This document shows positions 26,538 through 35,813 of a stretch of 64,000 nucleotides of DNA, piece by piece. Under the pieces are notes generated by a model. That model was not told the origin of the DNA and ran no database searches. It saw nothing but the letters and a program-made list of their open reading frames with translations. Position 1 is the stretch's first letter; the number at the start of each line of letters is the position of its first letter. Where the stretch lies: contig CAZTCH010000001.1 in the NCBI GenBank assembly GCA_964612745.1, forward strand, positions 6,074 to 70,073, written 5' to 3'. A program made the position numbers and the translations under genes. Source of the DNA: an uncultured Candidatus Saccharibacteria bacterium (lineage in GTDB: Bacteria > Patescibacteriota > Doudnabacteria > UBA920).

Positions 26538-26954
26538 CTAGGTTTTCTTTGTTGATATCTTGAACAAGGATTGACGCAGTACGGTGTCAAAAATAAATAA
26601 TCCAGTATTGCCGTATTCCGAGATAGCAAGTGCTATAGCCTGTTTCAGTCCCTGTTTATTTTGCTCAGCTATTTTAGTAGCGAGGACTTTTGCTGAGCCG
26701 CGTTGTCTCAGTACTTGCTTTGCTCCCAAAGACTCATAAATAAACCGAAGCGCTTGTTTTGCTGTTACTTGAACGGCTTTCCCTTGGTTGACGCAAATTT
26801 CAATGTCTAACGTTTTATTCCAATTCACAATGTCAGAGCCAGATTGTTGTGGTTTACTATTTGATGCTTGTATCAGATATGTTGGCACAGTAGAAGACCT
26901 CCTTTGATCTTGAGTAGTGTTTGTTTGAGCGGACGAGGTGTAGTATAAGCTCAT
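26538..26954 (-). CDS. Hypothetical protein
   Basis: 138-aa open frame in tandem with the previous ORF; no recognised motif. Confidence 0.4.
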   Translation of the reverse strand: MSLYYTSSAQTNTTQDQRRSSTVPTYLIQASNSKPQQSGSDIVNWNKTLDIEICVNQGKAVQVTAKQALRFIYESLGAKQVLRQRGSAKVLATKIAEQNKQGLKQAIALAISEYGNTGLFIFDTVLRQSLFKISTKKT

Positions 26955-26981
26955 CTGCGCCGTTTGTCATGTTGGTAGTCC

Positions 26982-27032
26982 CCGTTACGAAGGTGACCTT
27001 CGTAACCGTTACCATGGTCACCTTCGTAACGG
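26982..27032. repeat. Palindromic doublet (GTTACGAAGGTGACCTTCGTAAC)
   Basis: Two self-complementary arms in inverted orientation upstream of lgt. Confidence 0.65.
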
Positions 27033-27046
27033 TGTATACTGGTTAT

Positions 27047-27934
27047 ATGCGAAAGGTAACTCTTATTTGTGCTGCGTTGGCAGTGGTGGCAGGGGGATTT
27101 TTTTTAAAACAAGTTTTTTCTGGGGCGTGGGCATTGCCCCAAACAATTAGTGTGGGATTTGTGACGCTGCACTACTATGGCATTACGATGGCACTGGCAC
27201 TTGCGAGTGCATGGTATTTTGCTGTGTATCGAGCACCTCGTTTTGGTTTAGCGTCTGAATGGGTAGACGCGGCTGCAGTATGGCTGGCTTTGGGTGGGTT
27301 TGCTGGTGCGCGGTTGTACCATGTATTTTCTAGCTTTGGTTACTATACGCAGAACCCTGTAGAAGTATTTATGGTGTGGCATGGGGGATTGTCTATTTTT
27401 GGTGCCCTCCTCGGAGGGTTTGCAGCGCTGCTGGGGTACCTGTATTTTTTCCGCAAGCAATCAGCTACTGCAGAAGTATGGGGTTGGTTGGATGTGTTGG
27501 CGCCGGCAGTACTGCTCGGGCAAATAGTTGGTCGGTTTGGGAATTTGTTTAACTACGAAGCATTCGGCTACCCAACGGCACTGCCGTGGAAGATGTTTGT
27601 ACCAGAAGTGTTTCGGCCTGTAGAATTTGCAGCGACACAGTTTTTCCATCCTCTGTTTTTGTACGAAGCAGGGGCAAACGCGCTTATTTTTGCGTTCCTA
27701 TGGTGGTACGCGCGACCTTCGGGTCGGACACCGCTGCGCATGGGGGCCGTGTTCAGTTTGTATATTATTCTGTATAATACTGTTAGATTTTTCCTCGAAC
27801 ACTTGCGCACAGACAGTACATTTCTTTCGCCTCAGGTGCGGTTGAATGCGGTGGCTAGCGCGCTCTTAGTTGTCGTGGGCAGTGCAATTTATTTCTATGT
27901 AAGACGTTATGGCAGAACCTACACTCGTTCATAA
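27047..27934 (+). CDS. lgt: Prolipoprotein diacylglyceryl transferase
   Basis: HYYG, GARLYHV, WHGGLSIFGA, GQIVGRFGNLFNYEAFG, HPLFLYE, RFFLEHLR. Confidence 0.95.
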   Translation: MRKVTLICAALAVVAGGFFLKQVFSGAWALPQTISVGFVTLHYYGITMALALASAWYFAVYRAPRFGLASEWVDAAAVWLALGGFAGARLYHVFSSFGYYTQNPVEVFMVWHGGLSIFGALLGGFAALLGYLYFFRKQSATAEVWGWLDVLAPAVLLGQIVGRFGNLFNYEAFGYPTALPWKMFVPEVFRPVEFAATQFFHPLFLYEAGANALIFAFLWWYARPSGRTPLRMGAVFSLYIILYNTVRFFLEHLRTDSTFLSPQVRLNAVASALLVVVGSAIYFYVRRYGRTYTRS

Positions 27935-28673
27935 AAAATGGCTTCGGGGGATTAGCATCTTCGCGGCTTTGGTATTGCCGGTGGGGGTATATGCGCTGTC
28001 GCTTCCAACTCCTGTGTTCCGCTACATTATCCCTTTTGTACTTGCGGTAGTGCTTTTGGTTGAGTTGGTTACGTGGTTTTCTTTGGCGCAAACTCCAGAA
28101 GTACGCCGGTGGATGTTAGTCCGAAGTGCGCTGTTTTACTGTGCATGGTTGGCGGTGTTCTTTTTAGTACCTTTCTCTTCTTTGTTTTCTTGGTACATGG
28201 TGTTGAGTGTGCCACTGTTGTACTTGGGGCACACTATGGTGACATATACCGGAGAGACGGTACTGATTTCCCACACAATTTTAGTGAGCTTTGGGATATT
28301 GCTCACGGCAGCTGCAGGGGAGTATTACTTTAAAGCAGGGAGTTTGCTTCTGACCACATTGGTATTTGCAGCTTTGGTGCTCTTGACTCGGGGGACGTTT
28401 GTATTGGTGCCGCAGCAACCAGCAGTGCGTTTGTCTGCGTCCTTGTTGGTGGCGCTGTTTGCAACCGAAACGTATGCAGCATTGTTACTGCTACCATTTC
28501 ACTACACCGTGATTGGGTTTCTGGCGTTCCTTGCGTTTTATGTGGTGTGGTTGTGCGCGTACTACTGGCAGTTCAACGTTTTGACTGCGCAACGCGCGAA
28601 GTTTTACTTGTTTGTAGCGCTTGTTCTTGCTGGTTTGGTGTTGCTGGTCACACCATGGCAAGTTGTGGCATAA
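27909..28673 (+). CDS. Polytopic membrane protein
   Basis: About 8-9 TM helices, overlaps lgt stop. Confidence 0.7.
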   Translation: MAEPTLVHKKWLRGISIFAALVLPVGVYALSLPTPVFRYIIPFVLAVVLLVELVTWFSLAQTPEVRRWMLVRSALFYCAWLAVFFLVPFSSLFSWYMVLSVPLLYLGHTMVTYTGETVLISHTILVSFGILLTAAAGEYYFKAGSLLLTTLVFAALVLLTRGTFVLVPQQPAVRLSASLLVALFATETYAALLLLPFHYTVIGFLAFLAFYVVWLCAYYWQFNVLTAQRAKFYLFVALVLAGLVLLVTPWQVVA

Positions 28674-28723
28674 TATAGAAAAGTACGACTGGTTCGTGCT
28701 CTCTATTTTCAACTTTATATCTT

Positions 28724-29782
28724 ATGAAATTTGGTTTCTTTCGGACTTTGCTCTGGATAGTCAGTGTAGGCGTAGTAGTTTTTTTCTGCTCCGTCTTGTT
28801 TGGCGATGTGTTACTTGCTCGCCTGTCTACGTTGAGCGTTGTGAAGAAGTATCACTTACTTGAACCAAGTGCTCCGTTGGTCATAAACACTCGAGAAGAA
28901 GTACGGGTAAACGAAGCAAACGACATTATTGCCGCAATTAACAAAAACCAAGAGAAGGTTGCTGCGGTGGTAACTGGGTCTGGAACGGGGACGGTGTTGC
29001 GCGGTGCTGCACTAGCTTCGGTGTCCGATGGTTTGTGGTTGACCACAAAAGCAGTTGTTGCGGGAGTAAAGCCTGCAGACTTGGCAGTGGTGCAAAACTC
29101 GGGCAAGCGTTTACCAGTCTCTGCAGTGACACTCGATACCGTGTCTAACTTAGTCTTGCTTCGGACAGATGCAAAAGGTTTGAATGTTTCTGCGTTTCGC
29201 GAATTCAAAGCAGCGGCAACGGGCGAGCGAGTAGTGTTGCTGGGTGCACAAGCAGATGGTGCTATCTATTTTTTGACTAGCTATATTTCTGCGCAAGAAA
29301 AGTTTAGTGGCGCGGTAGTTGCCAGCGAAGCTCCGTCTCGCTCACTACTCCTCCAAACAGTAGCAGGGCTTATGCCTGGGCAAATTGCGTTTGATTTTTC
29401 TGGACAGGTTACCGGCGTGTACGATGGTCAGTCACTCGTGCCAGCAAGTGTGGCGCAGGAGTTTGTGGCAAACGTTTTGGCAAACCAAGGAAAACTAGTC
29501 CGGCCGTATTTTGGCTTTTTCTACACTCTGACACCAGAGAAAGGTTTGGTGGTCACAAAGCGGGAAGCGGTGGCGGTCGTAGCGGGAAGTCCTGCAGCTC
29601 GGGCAGGGTTGGTAGAAGGGGACGTTATTACTAAAATTGGGCAACAAAGCGTCCTAGGTGCAACTCCTCCAGATATGATTTTGCAAGCGGTTCCGGTAAA
29701 TGCCCCAATCTTGCTTACGGTTATGCGGCAAAACAAGGAAATCGAGGTTTCTGTAACTCCAATTCCCCAAAAAGCCCAATAA
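28724..29782 (+). CDS. HtrA/S1C-like protein with PDZ domain, catalytic triad apparently lost
   Basis: Trypsin-like layout, RPYFG, GSPAARAGLVEGDVI (PDZ); no TNxH or GNSGG motif. Confidence 0.75.
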   Translation: MKFGFFRTLLWIVSVGVVVFFCSVLFGDVLLARLSTLSVVKKYHLLEPSAPLVINTREEVRVNEANDIIAAINKNQEKVAAVVTGSGTGTVLRGAALASVSDGLWLTTKAVVAGVKPADLAVVQNSGKRLPVSAVTLDTVSNLVLLRTDAKGLNVSAFREFKAAATGERVVLLGAQADGAIYFLTSYISAQEKFSGAVVASEAPSRSLLLQTVAGLMPGQIAFDFSGQVTGVYDGQSLVPASVAQEFVANVLANQGKLVRPYFGFFYTLTPEKGLVVTKREAVAVVAGSPAARAGLVEGDVITKIGQQSVLGATPPDMILQAVPVNAPILLTVMRQNKEIEVSVTPIPQKAQ

Positions 29783-29892
29783 ACACACGTTCGAGGTAGT
29801 CCATTGGGTGGAAAACCTGCTATTGACAAAAAGGTACATTTATGATATGGTAATAGCCACAGTGATGTGGCTATTATTTATTTATATTTTGT

Positions 29893-31191
29893 ATGGCAGA
29901 TAACAAATTTTACCCAGCAGCAAGCGAAGAAATGGCTCGAATGCTTGGTTTAGTGAGTGAACCAGCAAAAGCTGAGCCCGTGCAGAACACGACTTTTCCG
30001 GAAGTTGTGCCTGTTGAGGCGTCTGTTATACAGATGCCCGTACAGACTCCAGAAGAAATAATTGCCCAAGATGTAGCGGCAATAACTGGTGAAGCACCAG
30101 CAAAAATGATGGAACAAGCCTCTGCGACAGCAGCAGTGGTAGTAGCTGGAAGTGCTTTGCAACCAGCATTGCTCCGTGTTGGAAAAGTGGTTTTGTCTTT
30201 AGTGCCCTACCTCTTAGTATTCGTGATTTTGTTTGGGGTGTACTACTTCTGGTTTGCTGACCCTTCCAACCGTCCTGAAATTTTCCGTAAAGTCCAAACA
30301 AAGACTCCAACAGTTGCAGAGCAGAAAGCTACCGACATGGCCACTGCGCAAAAAGAGCAAAAGGTAGAGTTTAACACATGGATCTTGCAGTACTACTTTG
30401 ATGTGAGCGATGCGGCTATTGTTGCCCCAGACTTTATTGCACCGAACAAGTTAACGAACTTTGAAAACTATTTACTCAAGCTGAACCCGAAGACGAATGA
30501 TATTCGCCGTCTCGGTGTGACCGATGCCGAGTCTGTGTTAAATGGCATAGAGCCGAACACTGGTGAACCTTTGGCAGATTGGCAACGTGACGTGGTAGCA
30601 AAATACTTTAACTCCGACGCAATCCTTGCTCGTGTGCGTGGCGAAACCAGTACAAGTGCTCCTTCTGCAGTAACCCCACGGGTTGCACAAGCAGCGACTT
30701 CTACGCCAAACGGTGTCTGTGCAGAAAATGCTATGGGCATTAACACCGAAATTGCTGGTCGACTCGAAGTACCTTCTATGGGTGTGAACGTGCCAATTAT
30801 TTGGACAAAGAACGCAGCAAACTTCGACAACGATTTAAAGAGCGGTGTGGTGCATTACCCATGTACACCACTTCCTGGTGATACTGGTACCAGTTACATT
30901 TCTGGACACTCCAGTAACTATGCATGGATTAAGGCAGACTTTAACCAAGTGTTTGCACAGATGAACAGCCTTGCCGATGGTGCAACATTTAAGATAACCG
31001 TGGTCGGGAATGATGGTAAAGATATTCGGTTGCACTATATTGTCCAGCGCAAAGCAGTGTACGCAGCAGACGACCAAGCACAGTTCGCAAATACTGCAGA
31101 CTCGCTCGTCGCGTTGTCCACTTGCTGGCCACTGAACACTACCGAGAAACGTATGGTAGCGTACGGCAAGTTGGATAGAGTAGAGAAATAG
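29893..31191 (+). CDS. Sortase-domain protein with long N-terminal region
   Basis: GVVHYPCTPLPGDTGTSYISGHSS, LSTCWP, KRMV (His-Cys-Arg); internal TM helix. Confidence 0.88.
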   Translation: MADNKFYPAASEEMARMLGLVSEPAKAEPVQNTTFPEVVPVEASVIQMPVQTPEEIIAQDVAAITGEAPAKMMEQASATAAVVVAGSALQPALLRVGKVVLSLVPYLLVFVILFGVYYFWFADPSNRPEIFRKVQTKTPTVAEQKATDMATAQKEQKVEFNTWILQYYFDVSDAAIVAPDFIAPNKLTNFENYLLKLNPKTNDIRRLGVTDAESVLNGIEPNTGEPLADWQRDVVAKYFNSDAILARVRGETSTSAPSAVTPRVAQAATSTPNGVCAENAMGINTEIAGRLEVPSMGVNVPIIWTKNAANFDNDLKSGVVHYPCTPLPGDTGTSYISGHSSNYAWIKADFNQVFAQMNSLADGATFKITVVGNDGKDIRLHYIVQRKAVYAADDQAQFANTADSLVALSTCWPLNTTEKRMVAYGKLDRVEK

Positions 31192-31337
31192 AATCAGTCG
31201 AAGGTCTTCACGTCGTAAAGTCGAACGCTTTCAGATTACAGTTGCGGTTTTGTGTTTTGACTTTCCAGTTTGTTCTCTCGTATGTATTTCTGGGGTGAAG
31301 ACGTTACGACCTTATAACGTTACGACATGACTGTTGT

Positions 31338-31525
31338 GAGCGGGTAGTGGGGGTGTCTAGTCCGGTAGATTGTGGAAATACTAGTCACTTCCAAACGCGC
31401 CCATGACAAGCGCGATTTGGGGGAGCTCCACCGCGGAGCGCTCCACTTCTTCTGACACCATGCGGTGTCAGTCTAAGCGGGGGGTTGAACAGTTCAATCA
31501 CCCCAAATCTTCGCGCTTCGGCGCA
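31338..31525 (+). ncRNA. Putative structured RNA / leader of unknown family
   Basis: Hairpin TGGGGGTG.CTAGT/ACTAG.CACTTCCA; stem AGCGCG-ATTTGGGG/CCCCAAAT-CGCGCT enclosing GCTCC/GGAGC, CTGACACC/GGTGTCAG, TTGAAC/GTTCAA. Confidence 0.4.
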
Positions 31526-31579
31526 GTACATTCACATTGGTGCGTATAAAATGCGTACCCTATCTCAGGAGGATAGAAA

Positions 31580-33166
31580 ATGAAAACGAAACTATTTATT
31601 TTGACGATCGCAATTTTAGCGTTTGCATCAACAACGTTTGCGCAACAGACTGACGACTGCCGCCGTAGGGCACAAAATGGTCAGTGTATCGACATGTCCA
31701 CGGTTTTCGTTGGTGCTCCAGACTTACGTAAAGCGAAAATAATCGTCCTTAACGCGCCTGATTTAACGGAAACTCAAGTTAGGTTAGTGATTTCAGAGCT
31801 TACGCCCCATTTTGTTAGTGTCTATGGTAAAAATTTTATCGTAGTCACTGATGAGCGAAAGATTAACCCATCATGGGGTGGTGAGCGGATTCCGCTTACT
31901 TACAACGTGCGCGTACGTTCTGATGTCAGCGAAATGCAATCTTCAACTCTGAGCACTGCTGGTAAGCGTGCAGCTGCTCGCATTGGTCAAAGCGTGTTCA
32001 GTATTTTAGTTCAAGTCATTCCGGGAAACAATCCTATCGCTAGCAGAACTAAAAATGAAGTAGAACGGGCAGGTCAAGATGTTCTTCAAGAACAAATTGA
32101 TAATCACGAGGCGGGTATGGCCCCAAAATACCGAACCTATGCTGTCACTTCGGAGTTACTTCGTGGTGACGGAGCAAAGTTCAAGCCCCTGAAAGACCCT
32201 ACTGACTACTTTGTGATTAAAGAAGTATACAAAACCAAAGGTAGAACAGAACATTTTTTAGTGGCTCAAGGCGATCGAGAAGATCACATAAAGCCGCTAG
32301 AAAAACAAATTTACCTTGGTTACACCTCAGAGGCCCCTCAAAATGGCCTAACACGACTCGAACTTCTACGACTTTTAAGGCGGGATGATGATCCTGCTCA
32401 CAAAAGCCAACCTTTAGACCAATTCTTAAGGGGTGACAGCCCTTCAAGCGACTCATTCGATGCAAGTGGAAACTGCAAACGTCGGGAGTGGAGCGATGAA
32501 AAAAACGACTGGGTCTGCAAAGATTCAGTTGAGGCTAAAACACCTCCACCTTGCAAAACGCAAGTGAGAGATAACTCAGGTGAGTGGCGCTGTGCACCAG
32601 AGCCTCCGCAAACAGCAGCAGTTAAACCAGCAACACAAGAACCAGCACAAGCCGCAAAGCCGACTTGTCCCGATGGTTATAGGCTGGTGTGGCAAAATGG
32701 CACAGCGCCTTTGTGCTTGCCGGTGAGTGGTCCTGTGCCACCGCCTGCGCAAGCAAAAGTTGAGCCGCCGGTGCAAGTAGTACCGACTCCTCAACCGCCA
32801 ACAACTGCAGCTCCTGTTACAGTTGTCGGCTTTCCCGGTTTCAGTTCTACAACGGACTTCAGTACGCGAACCGAAGCTGCAAGTCGAGTAAACGGCTTTT
32901 TCTGCGCTGGGAGCGGTGACCATTGGTTTTACACCCAATGGCAAAGCACATGGATCCCGAATATTTCGGGTCCTAACAGCAAAAAAGCTATTGGCGAGTT
33001 TCAGGCAACAAACGGGTTGCCTGTTACGCAAAGATTGGACTTTGCTACGCTCGAAGTGCTGAATCTGTTGTGGCACAAAAATCCACAGCTTTTTCCAACT
33101 ATGGAAGAGCTGTTGAAAAAGTCGCCGCAGCCGTGCAGGGTGCGCCCGAGCGTGCCAAAAAAGTAG
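31580..33166 (+). CDS. Secreted protein with Cys-paired minirepeats, Pro-rich linker and C-terminal peptidoglycan-binding-like domain
   Basis: Signal peptide; GPNSKKAIGEFQATNGLPVTQRLDFATLEVL resembles PG_binding_1; SD AGGAGG. Confidence 0.65.
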   Translation: MKTKLFILTIAILAFASTTFAQQTDDCRRRAQNGQCIDMSTVFVGAPDLRKAKIIVLNAPDLTETQVRLVISELTPHFVSVYGKNFIVVTDERKINPSWGGERIPLTYNVRVRSDVSEMQSSTLSTAGKRAAARIGQSVFSILVQVIPGNNPIASRTKNEVERAGQDVLQEQIDNHEAGMAPKYRTYAVTSELLRGDGAKFKPLKDPTDYFVIKEVYKTKGRTEHFLVAQGDREDHIKPLEKQIYLGYTSEAPQNGLTRLELLRLLRRDDDPAHKSQPLDQFLRGDSPSSDSFDASGNCKRREWSDEKNDWVCKDSVEAKTPPPCKTQVRDNSGEWRCAPEPPQTAAVKPATQEPAQAAKPTCPDGYRLVWQNGTAPLCLPVSGPVPPPAQAKVEPPVQVVPTPQPPTTAAPVTVVGFPGFSSTTDFSTRTEAASRVNGFFCAGSGDHWFYTQWQSTWIPNISGPNSKKAIGEFQATNGLPVTQRLDFATLEVLNLLWHKNPQLFPTMEELLKKSPQPCRVRPSVPKK

Positions 33167-33180
33167 TTTCGATACAAACT

Positions 33181-33216
33181 AAGGATGAACGAGCTTCGGC
33201 ACGTTCATCCTTTTTA
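33181..33216 (+). terminator. Intrinsic terminator
   Basis: aaggatgaacg...cgttcatcctt followed by T tract. Confidence 0.8.
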
Positions 33217-33229
33217 TTATGTAATAATA

Positions 33230-33258
33230 TTGACTTATACTCAAATATATATTATAAT
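33230..33258 (+). promoter_or_regulatory. Sigma70 promoter upstream of the PBP1A gene
   Basis: TTGACT-17 bp-TATAAT. Confidence 0.7.
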
Positions 33259-33436
33259 ATTACTTAATAAAATCTAATGTATTGAGCAGCAAAAAAGGGT
33301 ATTTTTACGCTTTTTTGCTGCTCACCTCATTTTTCGCAGTTATATTTTTTATTCGTCGTTATACCCAGAGGTGGGTCCTGAAGCCGAGGACATTTTCGGG
33401 CTACAATAGTTCTTTTACAACCACCTTGGAGGGTGT

Positions 33437-35710
33437 ATGAAATTGAAAAGTTTTATTTTGACTGTATTGGCGTTTGTAAGAGCATTTTTTCTGCGTATTG
33501 TCGCAGGGTGTTTCTTGCTCGCGGGCGTGCTGCTCGTTTGGTTCCTGTTTAGCTTTGTGCCTAAGTACAATGCAGCAGGAGAAATTTTGCGGAACAAAGA
33601 CATTAACGACTTGTTCGAAATGAACAGTGTTGTTGGCGTCTTTGACCGTGACGGAAAATTGCTCGCTACGCTTGGTGAGCAAAAACCCAAGCTATATCCA
33701 CTCGCTCAGCTTGACCCACGCTTTGTAAAAGGCGTGCAAGCCGTGGAAGACCGTCGCTACTATGCGTGGTGGCGGAAATATATTCCCATCGATCCCTTAG
33801 GGACGTTGCGGGCGATAAAAATTAATATTGGTGTTTTGGTGAAAACCATAATACTACGTCAAAAACCGAAAGAGAACATTGCGGGTGGGAGTACTATTTT
33901 GCAAATGTTTTCTCGTACCGTGTTTCCAGAAGTAGGACATGGGCGCACATTGGAGCGTAAGCTGTGGGAGCTGGCATTTAGTTACCAGCTTTCTAGTCGC
34001 TATACCCAAGACGATTTGTTGGCAGCGTTTATTTGCAGAGCGAATTTTGGCTCAGTCAACGGCGTTCCGTTGTATGGAGTAGAGCAAGCTGCCAGTGGCT
34101 ACTACCAAAAGAAAGTTGAAGAACTTTCTTTGGATGAAGTGGCCACACTCGTAGGCGTGCTCAATGCCAACACAGCGTATAACCCAGTTCTAAATCCTAC
34201 CACAAGCCAAAAACGAAGAAATATCGTTTTAAGCATGTGGGAAGATCAAAGGCTGATTACTGCAGTTGAACGAAAAGAGTTAGCTGCTAAACCAATTGTA
34301 ACAAATCCCAAAAAAGCAGGAAGTAAGTACGGTGAGTTCACACAAGCCGTGAAGACTTCCCTTAGTGAGTGGCAAGAGATACGCGCAGAGCTAATGGCGA
34401 ACGGCGTTGTCCTGCCGCCGGATGAACTGTTGCGAATTGAAACAACACTCCACGACGGCATGCAAGACCTTTGGGTCCGGTCATTCCGTTTGGGGCTTTC
34501 CCAGTTGCCGAACAATTTGAAAGCAGCTGGTGGGGTGATGGATTGGCGAACGGGTGAAGTGCTCAGTGTGTATGGCGGTGGAGATTTCTTCAACCGTTTT
34601 ACAGAAGCGACACGACAGCCCGGTTCGGTGTTCAAGCTTTTTGTCTACGCCCTTGCACTTGCAGAGGGCAAAATTGCTCCAGATTCAATATTTATGGACG
34701 AGCCTCGTTCATTTCAATATGAAAATGGAACACGCGAGTACTCACCTGGAAATTACAAAGACGAGTACACAAACGCACCCATAACTGCAGCAGAAGCGCT
34801 GGCGAAATCAAAAAACGTCATTGCGATAGAAGTTGCAGAAAGAGTAGGGTATGACCGCGTGGTCAATTTTGCTCGCGACCTTGGTCTAGAGCTGGTTGCT
34901 GACGGTAAGGGTAACCTTATGCCAACTCCAGCAATTGCATTAGGCGTGTACGAAACAACCATACCGCAGTTGATGAGTGCCCTGTCTGTTTTTGCGAACG
35001 GGGGCAAGCAGGTAACACCGCGCTACATCAAATCTGTGTCAGGGCTCAATGGTCAAGTTTATTACACAATGGATGTTGAATCTGTTGAACGTATTAACTC
35101 TACTGTTGCGGCTGCTGTCACAGCAATGATGGTTGCGTGTGCCGATCACGGTACTGGCAAGGGCATCTTCTCTGGGTTAATAGCTCTCAAAACTGGTTCG
35201 TCACGAGACGGCTGGTTGGTGGGCTTTACTCCAGGTGGTCTCCTGTTTGTTGTGTATGTGGGGTATGACAACCCCACTGGACAAAAAACGAATCAGATTA
35301 CCGGTGCGGGCACTGCGGGTAAAGTCGTTGGGCCATTCTTGGCAGAGGCATCTGCAATGAAAGACCCTTTCGTGCAGGCGCTATTTGCTGGGTCGTTTCC
35401 AGTTTCAAATTGGAATGGTGTAGTGGTGGCTGGTTCGCCAGCTTCTTCTCCATCGACCCCTGCAAGCCCATGTGCTGTCTGGAGTGACTGTCTCAAACAG
35501 GCACCTCAATCAGTTGGGTCTCCTCAGGCTAACCCATCACCCATTGCGTCTCCCATGCCAAGCCCAGCTCGGACATGGCGGGACTACAAGCAGGCTGTGC
35601 CAAAGCCGACACAAGTGCCGCAAACAAACAAAAAGCCGATGACTGCTCCAGCCCCTGCTCAAGCGGGGCCGTGCAGTAACTGGCGGGATTGTAAGAGGCA
35701 GTCTCAGTAA
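33437..35710 (+). CDS. Class A penicillin-binding protein (transglycosylase/transpeptidase) with Pro-rich tail
   Basis: EDRRY, GGSTILQM, RKLWE; SxxK (PGSVFK), SxN (SKN), KTG. Confidence 0.92.
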   Translation: MKLKSFILTVLAFVRAFFLRIVAGCFLLAGVLLVWFLFSFVPKYNAAGEILRNKDINDLFEMNSVVGVFDRDGKLLATLGEQKPKLYPLAQLDPRFVKGVQAVEDRRYYAWWRKYIPIDPLGTLRAIKINIGVLVKTIILRQKPKENIAGGSTILQMFSRTVFPEVGHGRTLERKLWELAFSYQLSSRYTQDDLLAAFICRANFGSVNGVPLYGVEQAASGYYQKKVEELSLDEVATLVGVLNANTAYNPVLNPTTSQKRRNIVLSMWEDQRLITAVERKELAAKPIVTNPKKAGSKYGEFTQAVKTSLSEWQEIRAELMANGVVLPPDELLRIETTLHDGMQDLWVRSFRLGLSQLPNNLKAAGGVMDWRTGEVLSVYGGGDFFNRFTEATRQPGSVFKLFVYALALAEGKIAPDSIFMDEPRSFQYENGTREYSPGNYKDEYTNAPITAAEALAKSKNVIAIEVAERVGYDRVVNFARDLGLELVADGKGNLMPTPAIALGVYETTIPQLMSALSVFANGGKQVTPRYIKSVSGLNGQVYYTMDVESVERINSTVAAAVTAMMVACADHGTGKGIFSGLIALKTGSSRDGWLVGFTPGGLLFVVYVGYDNPTGQKTNQITGAGTAGKVVGPFLAEASAMKDPFVQALFAGSFPVSNWNGVVVAGSPASSPSTPASPCAVWSDCLKQAPQSVGSPQANPSPIASPMPSPARTWRDYKQAVPKPTQVPQTNKKPMTAPAPAQAGPCSNWRDCKRQSQ

Positions 35711-35728
35711 TAAACTTTTCATTCTTGA

Positions 35729-35770
35729 AGACAGCGTGCGTACACTTGTGTACAAACGCTGTCTTTTTTT
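35729..35770 (+). terminator. Intrinsic terminator
   Basis: agacagcgt...acgctgtct followed by T tract. Confidence 0.7.
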
Positions 35771-35813
35771 ATTGTGCGGTATACTTATGTATATACATTT
35801 AGAAACGTATTCC

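Noticed and set aside
26921-27046. N-terminal extensions in the ORF track for lgt (also 2216-2290, 13980-14090, 50859-50963)
   Set aside because: They translate palindromic repeats; downstream ATGs match family starts
31338-31410. SRP RNA or 6S RNA
   Set aside because: No SRP domain IV motif (CAGG..GNRA..AGCA) and no clear 6S central bubble; left as unknown
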